Assembly: GCA_013343275.1 (NCBI GenBank)
Contig: CP046106.1
Coordinates: forward strand, 768,001 to 832,000
DNA length: 64,000 nt
Source: Candidatus Nanohaloarchaea archaeon
GTDB lineage: Archaea > Nanohalarchaeota > Nanosalinia > Nanosalinales > Nanosalinaceae
Reading direction: 5' to 3'
Below are positions 57,372 through 64,000 of the stretch, one piece after another. The position numbers were made by a program, and so were the translations under genes. The notes beneath the pieces were generated by a model. That model did not search any database and had not been told where the DNA came from. It saw only the letters and a program-made list of their open reading frames with translations. Each line of letters begins with the position of its first letter. Position 1 is the stretch's first letter.

Positions 57372-59102
57372 TTATCCTCGGTAGAGGATGAATCCTACGA
57401 TTCCTGCTGAGATTACTATGGAGACTAGCAGTTTGACGAGTGAGTTGGAGTTCTGGATGGAGTTGGCCAGGTTGGATGCGCTCTTCTGGAATGCTCCTGT
57501 CAGACTGTCTCCTCCTTTGTCGCTCTTGATTGCTTCCTTGATCTCCTGTCCGATAACAAGCTTGACTGTCTCGGACTTCTTGACCTGTTCGCCTACTGCT
57601 GTTGCTGTGATCTCTACCTGTCCCTTCTTCTGGAATGGGATGCTGGCATAGATGTAGGCTGTTTCTGACTGGCCTGCTGGTACTGTTACTGATTCTGGTT
57701 TGATGTCTATCCAGGCTGGCCCTTCGTAGGTAAGTCTGTAGGTGTTCTGCTGTGTGCCTGTGTTGTTGAGTTTGATCTCGTAGACTGTGCTTGTGTTCTC
57801 TCCTGCGCTCTTGACTTCAGGTACCACGTTCATGCTGAGATCCCAGCAGTTGAATACCTGGAAGCTTCCTGTAACTGACTTGGTTGGCTGGTCAAATGTT
57901 GTTGATTCCGCTGTCAGTGTGAAGGAGTGCTGTCCCAGTTCGTAATCAGAGGTATTGAATACGACCTCTACAATCTCTGACTCTCCTGGTGAAAGCTCTA
58001 CTGAATCTGTCTTCAGATCTCCTCTGTTTGTAGAGAGATCGAAGGTGTCTTTCGCTGCGCCTGTGTTAGTTACCTTGCTTTCGTAAGTTACTTTCTCGTT
58101 TTCACATACGTTCCTGCTTGCGTCGTCAAACGTGACCTTGACATCGTTGCCGTTGAAGACGTTCAGAGTTGCTGTCGTCTGCGCGGTTGATCTTCCGTTA
58201 GATGAAACAGTGATGGTCTTCTCTCCCAGTTCTTCAGGAGTTACGGACAGTGTAACTGTCTTGCTCTTCATCCCATCAACTTCAACAGTAGTCTTGGATA
58301 GAGTTCCCTGGCTGGCCTGAAGTGTAAATGTATCGGCCTTTGTTCCCTGGTTAAGCACGGTGACATCGTACTTTGCTGTATTGAATGCTGCTACTTCCTG
58401 ACTCTCAGGAGTGATCGATAGAGCGGAACTGTAGCAGGTAACCGAGTTGAATGTTAATCTTTCAATGTCCTGTGCGTAGCTAGTAGTTGAGGCAGCTACC
58501 ACGTTGAAAGACTGTGTTACTGCCTGCTTAGAAGAGGCAGTTAGTGTAACGTACTTTGTTTCTCCATCTTCAAGAGTTACCTTGTTCTGTGAGAGATCTC
58601 CGTAATCTGTAGTTATCTTAAATGTCTCAGGCTGAATACCCTGGTTCGTAACTTCTACTCTGTAGTTTGCGTTCTCTCCTCTACAGACGGACTTTGAATC
58701 ATCAACAGTCATCGCGACCTCGTGCTCTTTAACTACATTAACAATCCCTGTAATGGAGTACTTCTTGTTGGTGGCACGGGACTGAGCAGTTACCTCGAAA
58801 GAATAACGGCCTGCATCCTTGGTGACCTTAGGATCATACCAGACATAGATAGTCTTCTTCTCTCCGGCATCAAGATAGAAACTGGAAGGCTGAGCAGTAA
58901 CTTCAGAAGTCTCAGTAAGTATACTGTAGTGATCCTTCACAGGACCGGTGTTCTCGATCTCTACCTGGTAAGAGGCGTAACTATCTATCGGAGTGGTGGC
59001 CTCCTTCGGGAAAATAGTCATGTCAGCAGTGCTCGCAGCTGCTGTTGTAAGTGAGGTTAGAATTAGTAAGGTTACAAATAGAGTTTTTCCAAGACTTCGC
59101 AT
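57372..59102 (-). CDS. Surface protein with five tandem Ig-like (NEW3/CARDB-like) repeats and C-terminal TM anchor
   Basis: Signal peptide, five Y.V.V.N.G...D.F.L...V.L..GE repeats and a C-terminal hydrophobic helix. Confidence 0.8.
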   Translation of the reverse strand: MRSLGKTLFVTLLILTSLTTAAASTADMTIFPKEATTPIDSYASYQVEIENTGPVKDHYSILTETSEVTAQPSSFYLDAGEKKTIYVWYDPKVTKDAGRYSFEVTAQSRATNKKYSITGIVNVVKEHEVAMTVDDSKSVCRGENANYRVEVTNQGIQPETFKITTDYGDLSQNKVTLEDGETKYVTLTASSKQAVTQSFNVVAASTTSYAQDIERLTFNSVTCYSSALSITPESQEVAAFNTAKYDVTVLNQGTKADTFTLQASQGTLSKTTVEVDGMKSKTVTLSVTPEELGEKTITVSSNGRSTAQTTATLNVFNGNDVKVTFDDASRNVCENEKVTYESKVTNTGAAKDTFDLSTNRGDLKTDSVELSPGESEIVEVVFNTSDYELGQHSFTLTAESTTFDQPTKSVTGSFQVFNCWDLSMNVVPEVKSAGENTSTVYEIKLNNTGTQQNTYRLTYEGPAWIDIKPESVTVPAGQSETAYIYASIPFQKKGQVEITATAVGEQVKKSETVKLVIGQEIKEAIKSDKGGDSLTGAFQKSASNLANSIQNSNSLVKLLVSIVISAGIVGFILYRG

Positions 59103-59196
59103 TGAAATTGTCACCTGTTAATAACACCTCGGTTTAAATTTTATATATTAGTCGGTAGTAACAGAATCAAGGAACGACTTCGGGATAATAAAAAAT

Positions 59197-62100
59197 CTAG
59201 AAGGAAAGGAAGGCCCGAATTTTGCTAATCAGGCCTTTATTGGCTTCCTGGGTCGTGCCTCCGGACCAGACAGTTATATTTTCTCTGTAGATCTCAGATC
59301 CATCTGATTCGATCACTATATCTCCACTGTAACTACCTTCTTCCTTCGGCATGATGTAGAAGTAGACTGTATCTCTTTCTCCCTTGCTCAGCACTACTTC
59401 CTTCTCAGAGGTCGAAACCCAGCCATCCGGAAGGCCTTCCAGCCTGATATGATATCTCCGGAGTTCATCGTGAGTGTTGTATATTTCTGCTTTCACAAGT
59501 CCGGACTCCGATTCAACTGCTGCAATGCTCTCTGGGAAGCTGGTGGTCTCGGGGCCTGTCTCCAAGACCTTGATTCTGGCGGTGGCTGCAGTTCCCTCTC
59601 CATAGGTCACTGCCCTGATCATGTACTCATGCTCTCCTGGATTGGAAGCTGTAGGAGTGAAGCATACTTTTCCGCCGGCCTGACGGGTCTGCATAACTAC
59701 GCCGTCTCTCAGCAGTACTACTTTCGGATTGATCTGGGAGTTTATCTGTGCGCAGAGTTCGAACTCCTCGCCCTCAAACACCTCTCTCGGAGGATCAATC
59801 ATGGTTGCTGAAACAGTCGGAAGCGCCTCAAGATCTCTGTTTGCACTGATAGAATCCGTCTCCACAGCTACAGAGTGCATCCCAACCTGACTTACCCTGA
59901 TATATGTCTGGAAGTATCCATCAGGCTGGGTGCTTACCTCTCCAACCTTCTCACCGTCAACCTTGACTGTAACCTCTGAACGGCCCTGCGCTCCATCAAC
60001 ATAACCTTTAACCTGTACAGGCCTTCCTGAGAGAACTCTGTCAGGATTGATGCTTAGAGAGATATCGCTGGCCTGACCGTAGTTAATGATGCCACAGCTC
60101 TTAACGTAGACAGTTCCTGTAGCAGATCCTACATCTGAATTAGAGGCCTCTACAGTGAAGCTCTCTGAACCACTGCCCTGTACAGATGTAAACATCAGGG
60201 AAACTCTCCTAGACTCTCCGGTATTCAGTATAATGGATCTTCCTGAAAAGTCTGATCCCAGGCCTTCGCCTCTGAGGTCCACTACCTGTCTTGAACTGCC
60301 GGTATTTTCTACTCTGAATGATACAGACATTGTTGCGCCGCTGCAGACTGTGTCGGGGTAGTTAAGGCCACTGACTTCTATATCGTGCTGTCTGTAGAGT
60401 TTGAAGCCTTTTGTGATTTCCTCGCCTTTATCTACCTCGATATGCCTGACTTTTGTACTGTAATCCGGCTTCCAGGCCGTAACCTTGTAGTCTCCGGGCT
60501 CCAGATCGAAACTGGCTTCACCATCCTCATCAGTCCATTTAGTTGTGCTGTCGCCGTTCTCTACCTTTACTCTGGCATCTTCAAGTCTGTCGCCATCTCC
60601 ATCAACTACACGGGCTGTAAACTCTCCCTCGCCTTCGATATCGTCTTCAGTCTCTGAGAGAGTTATATCTATCGTTCTGTCTTCTCCGCTGACGCTGAAG
60701 CTTCGCTCCACGGTCTCGTAACCGCTCTTCGAAACTTCAAGTTCGTAATCTCCATTTTCGAGGCTGAAGTAGGACCTGCCGTTGCTGTTGGTCTCGTCTT
60801 CCAGATCAACGCCATTACTGACGGTTACTTCTGCGTTCTCTATACTGTCGCCGTCTTCGTCCTCAACATCTACAGCCAGTTCGTATTCATCCTGATCGCT
60901 GTAGGTGTCGCCGACAATAATCTCGTTACTGCTCTCCCACTTCTCATAGCCACAAGGCCTGCCTACGGCCTCTGTAACTGCATGTATCTTGACATCGTTG
61001 TCAGGATTCACTGACTTGGTAATAGTCCTCTGTCCATCAACAGTAATCCTTTTGTCGTAGTATGTGCCTTCCTCACTGTTGATCTTCACACGGAAATCCT
61101 GCTCAACACCGTTAGAGTCTATAGTAAGGTGGACCTGTGTGCTGGCCTCCTCTGAAAGAGTGTGATCGTCTATCTGTATGCTGTCTACTCTCAGGTTGCA
61201 TGAAGGCCCTGGCTCAGGCTCTTCGCTATCGCCGCTTCTTACAGTGAACTCTCCGTAGTCAAGAGCACGTAGCTCTCCATCCGATGCTTCAACTCCCCAG
61301 ACGTAGGTCTGACCTCTGTCCAGAGCACTGTCGACGTTGAAGTGTGTGGAGCTTCCTACTGTTTCCTCCAGTGTGTCTCCGCCCCAGGGTTTGTCGCCGC
61401 TGTAATCTTTCTCCTCTATGAATACTGTGTGATCGAGAGAGTCTCCATCTGGATCGCTGGAACTCCAGTCAATGTAAGGGTATCTTCCAACTCTCTCATT
61501 CAGAGGGCTCTGAAGGCTGACAGAAGGCCTCTCGTTCTCTGTCTCTGAACGCGTTTTAAAGTATCTGTATGCTCTGTCGCTGCCGCCTTCTTCATCAGTA
61601 ACTTCCACGCCCCATACATACCATGTGGAAGTATCAAGACTTTCAGACGGCCTGTAATCTGTGTTGTCATTCCGATCTACGCTGTCGGCACTCCAGGGCC
61701 TGTCTCCATCGTAGCTTTTCTTCTCAAGGAAGAATCTGTACTGCAAATTGCTGCTGTCGCTATCCGTCGCACTCCATTCAAATCTAGGCCGTAGCTGGGT
61801 ATTTCTTTCGTTGCTGTCAGGTTCTTCCAGTGAGATGCTTGGATCGTCGTTGGTTTCTTCAGGCTGGCTTTCTGTAGTAAATGATCTATAGGCCATGTCT
61901 CTGAAGTTGTCTCCGCTGATATCGATACCCCAGACGTACTCTGTATTATAATTCAATCTATTTGATGAGCTAAGCTGGAATTCTCTATCGTCATCGTTAA
62001 GTATGCTGTAGCTATTGCCACCCCATGGCTTGTCGCTACTGCTGTCCTTCTCTTCAACGAAAAGTTTAGCTGAGTCAATGAGGTCGGTATCGCCGCTGTA

Positions 62101-62523
62101 ACTCCATTCAAAAACAGATCTTCTCGAGATTCCGGTAGCTCCGCTGTCAGGCCTCTCAAGACTTACCTGAGGTTCTTCGCCGTTGTTATCTCCATCATCT
62201 GCTCCGCCTTCTGTAAGCGTCACCCAGATATTGTCGGAAGAGCTGAGTGTAACTGTCTTGCTGCCTGAAAGCTGGCTGTCTCTATCATATACTGTTATCC
62301 TGTAGCTCTGGCCGGATTCGTAGTTGAAGAAATGTGCGTAGTTGGAGTTAGTTCCGGAGTTCTTGGTCTCCTGGTAGTCGTTATTGACGCCTTCAACTGT
62401 GATTCTGACGTCGTAGACAGGCCATCCATTCGAGTTTTCTGCATAGATAGCTGCCTGATTTGCTGCCGAAACTGCCGGCATTAGTGCTATTATCAGTACC
62501 AGGATTGAGACAAACTTCTTCAT
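59197..62523 (-). CDS. Large secreted multi-domain surface protein (FN3-like, carboxypeptidase-regulatory/PEGA-like and Ig repeats)
   Basis: MKKFVSILVLIIAL signal; three D(K/R)PW...YVWG modules; two V.D.DG...A.V...T..NG...G.Y modules. Confidence 0.8.
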   Translation of the reverse strand: MKKFVSILVLIIALMPAVSAANQAAIYAENSNGWPVYDVRITVEGVNNDYQETKNSGTNSNYAHFFNYESGQSYRITVYDRDSQLSGSKTVTLSSSDNIWVTLTEGGADDGDNNGEEPQVSLERPDSGATGISRRSVFEWSYSGDTDLIDSAKLFVEEKDSSSDKPWGGNSYSILNDDDREFQLSSSNRLNYNTEYVWGIDISGDNFRDMAYRSFTTESQPEETNDDPSISLEEPDSNERNTQLRPRFEWSATDSDSSNLQYRFFLEKKSYDGDRPWSADSVDRNDNTDYRPSESLDTSTWYVWGVEVTDEEGGSDRAYRYFKTRSETENERPSVSLQSPLNERVGRYPYIDWSSSDPDGDSLDHTVFIEEKDYSGDKPWGGDTLEETVGSSTHFNVDSALDRGQTYVWGVEASDGELRALDYGEFTVRSGDSEEPEPGPSCNLRVDSIQIDDHTLSEEASTQVHLTIDSNGVEQDFRVKINSEEGTYYDKRITVDGQRTITKSVNPDNDVKIHAVTEAVGRPCGYEKWESSNEIIVGDTYSDQDEYELAVDVEDEDGDSIENAEVTVSNGVDLEDETNSNGRSYFSLENGDYELEVSKSGYETVERSFSVSGEDRTIDITLSETEDDIEGEGEFTARVVDGDGDRLEDARVKVENGDSTTKWTDEDGEASFDLEPGDYKVTAWKPDYSTKVRHIEVDKGEEITKGFKLYRQHDIEVSGLNYPDTVCSGATMSVSFRVENTGSSRQVVDLRGEGLGSDFSGRSIILNTGESRRVSLMFTSVQGSGSESFTVEASNSDVGSATGTVYVKSCGIINYGQASDISLSINPDRVLSGRPVQVKGYVDGAQGRSEVTVKVDGEKVGEVSTQPDGYFQTYIRVSQVGMHSVAVETDSISANRDLEALPTVSATMIDPPREVFEGEEFELCAQINSQINPKVVLLRDGVVMQTRQAGGKVCFTPTASNPGEHEYMIRAVTYGEGTAATARIKVLETGPETTSFPESIAAVESESGLVKAEIYNTHDELRRYHIRLEGLPDGWVSTSEKEVVLSKGERDTVYFYIMPKEEGSYSGDIVIESDGSEIYRENITVWSGGTTQEANKGLISKIRAFLSF

Positions 62524-62614
62524 GTTATCATCTTGAAGTAACAACTTTATATTTGTTTTGGGTTGGTGTATTTTGTCTAGTTTTTGAGGATAAATGAGAA
62601 GGAAAAAGAGGGTG

Positions 62615-63967
62615 TTATACGGAAGCTTCTCCGCCGTCCCAGCTACCGTCTCTGATATCGTCGTAGACAAGCTGGTCATTGCTTATGTCTGAAACCTTGT
62701 AGTCACTGTGATCGTCAGGGTTGACGAACAGGCCTTCTGTGCGGCCATCGTGCTGGACTACTGTGTAGACCATCTCTCCTGCTTCGTCTGCGCTCATGCC
62801 GTCGAGATCGTTGGCGACGCTCTGCAGGTAGTTGCCGCTTCCGATAGTTTCATCGTCGATATCAGACCAGTTATCTACCTGGCCTAGTTTGATTCCTTCA
62901 GCAACCTGGTTGCCCTGGACTGTCATATCCAGGTCTACAAACATCTCGTCGTATCCACTGGACTCCCAGATAGCCTCGGCCCTGTCATGTGCCTGATTGA
63001 CCATGCTGTCTATGACTCTATATCTTGCTATGTCTTCGGCCATGCTCTCCGAAAGATCGGAATAACCATGTATGTCTTCTGATTTGCCAAGAACTTCTCT
63101 GGTGTCTGCAAGCAGATCTTCTGCTCTACCTTTGCTCTCAATACTGTCGAACAATCCTTTTTCTTCCTTGGCTTCTCCTAATGCTGTGGCAAGCTCGTTC
63201 TCGTAGTTATCAACAGAGGTTGTGCCTTTAACAACTTGATCGTAAGTGTCTTCAAGTCTATCAAGTACTCCTGTGCCATTTTCATTTGATATTCTCTTCT
63301 TTAAGTCTTCTAGTGCCGAAGGCCTTGCAATAGGTTGCTCATCATCGAGACCTGTTGCGGCAAAAACAGAGTACTCACTTGCGCTCCTTGCTGCATTCTT
63401 AGCTGCTTTCTTTTGAGAATCTGTTGCAAACTCCATTCCTTCAAGGACATTATCGACATTAATCTCCCAGGAATTGAATTCTGTGAACATCTGTTCTGAG
63501 AGATCGTCACTCGATTCTGTGCTTACTAGCGCTGGAATCTTCGCATCATCTGATTGAGAAAGAATGTATTCGGGGTTCTCAAGAACATCTTCGCCAAGGC
63601 CTACGCCTTGGTTCTGGCCTATGGAAGTTTCTCCATCTATTCCTACTCTGATGTCTTCTCCATCTTCAAGAAGGTTGTCTAGTTCTGAATCGTTAATTGT
63701 TTCTTTATAGTCTTTTTCCAGGCTGCTGAATTCTTGATTCCAGTGGTTTATAACCTCTCTATGTGTTTCAAAATCCTGGTTTGTTTCATAACCATCGATC
63801 TCAATTTCTCTAGGCCACAGTAGTGCGCCCAGGCCTCCGGCTGCAGCTGCTCCTCCTACCGCAGCTCCACCTCCTAGCATTTGTCTCCTAGTAAGATTTA
63901 GGCCACTGTTATTGTTGTTTCCGCTGTTGTTGTTACCTGTGTTATTTCCGGCTCCCCCTGATGACAT
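62615..63967 (-). CDS. Acidic protein with twin-arginine-like signal/anchor
   Basis: LTRRQML followed by a Gly/Ala hydrophobic stretch, then an acidic helical body. Confidence 0.65.
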   Translation of the reverse strand: MSSGGAGNNTGNNNSGNNNNSGLNLTRRQMLGGGAAVGGAAAAGGLGALLWPREIEIDGYETNQDFETHREVINHWNQEFSSLEKDYKETINDSELDNLLEDGEDIRVGIDGETSIGQNQGVGLGEDVLENPEYILSQSDDAKIPALVSTESSDDLSEQMFTEFNSWEINVDNVLEGMEFATDSQKKAAKNAARSASEYSVFAATGLDDEQPIARPSALEDLKKRISNENGTGVLDRLEDTYDQVVKGTTSVDNYENELATALGEAKEEKGLFDSIESKGRAEDLLADTREVLGKSEDIHGYSDLSESMAEDIARYRVIDSMVNQAHDRAEAIWESSGYDEMFVDLDMTVQGNQVAEGIKLGQVDNWSDIDDETIGSGNYLQSVANDLDGMSADEAGEMVYTVVQHDGRTEGLFVNPDDHSDYKVSDISNDQLVYDDIRDGSWDGGEASV

Positions 63968-64000
63968 TGTATTATTACCTCGCAATAGTAAAATTAGAGA

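Noticed and set aside
62524-62679. Long upstream starts in the track for 59197-62679 (and likewise 49155-50219, 53642-54703, 26918-27442)
   Set aside because: They overlap neighbouring genes, and downstream starts give proper signal peptides or family N-termini.
200-63510. Many antisense and alternative-frame ORFs in the track (e.g. 930-1391 +, 34510-35112 -, 44558-45217 +)
   Set aside because: They are shadows of well-supported genes; their S/L/F-rich or R-rich composition mirrors the acidic coding frame.

Overview
Archaeal chromosomal DNA with very acidic proteins, mid-40s %GC by eye and a compact gene layout. This is most consistent with a nanohaloarchaeon (DPANN); that assignment is inference, not a database result. 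From left to right the window holds: a sugar-nucleotide operon; rpl10e, a degenerate PEP-synthase-like gene and dph2; a small accessory block with two kinase-like genes, one split by a -1 frameshift; an FAD oxidoreductase and tauE; tRNA-Asp followed by a LAGLIDADG-like remnant and a 13 kb surface-protein island (duplicated gene pair plus a class III pilin); cmk, archease and rtcB; the S10-spc ribosomal cluster through secY, DUF106 and cbf5; tRNA-Ser; NUDIX, HtrA and pelota; and a cluster of lipoprotein and Ig-repeat surface genes. Four signals stand out. (1) A five-copy cassette sits in ribosomal-operon spacers: two covarying hairpins hide the downstream Shine-Dalgarno, and a 16-19 aa micro-ORF always runs from the upstream stop into the downstream start. 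(2) An FN3 domain appears split, with its missing first strand located at the pilin C-terminus. (3) The palindrome AGGCCT is strongly iterated but scarce in the island. (4) The ribosomal operons have long structured leaders.
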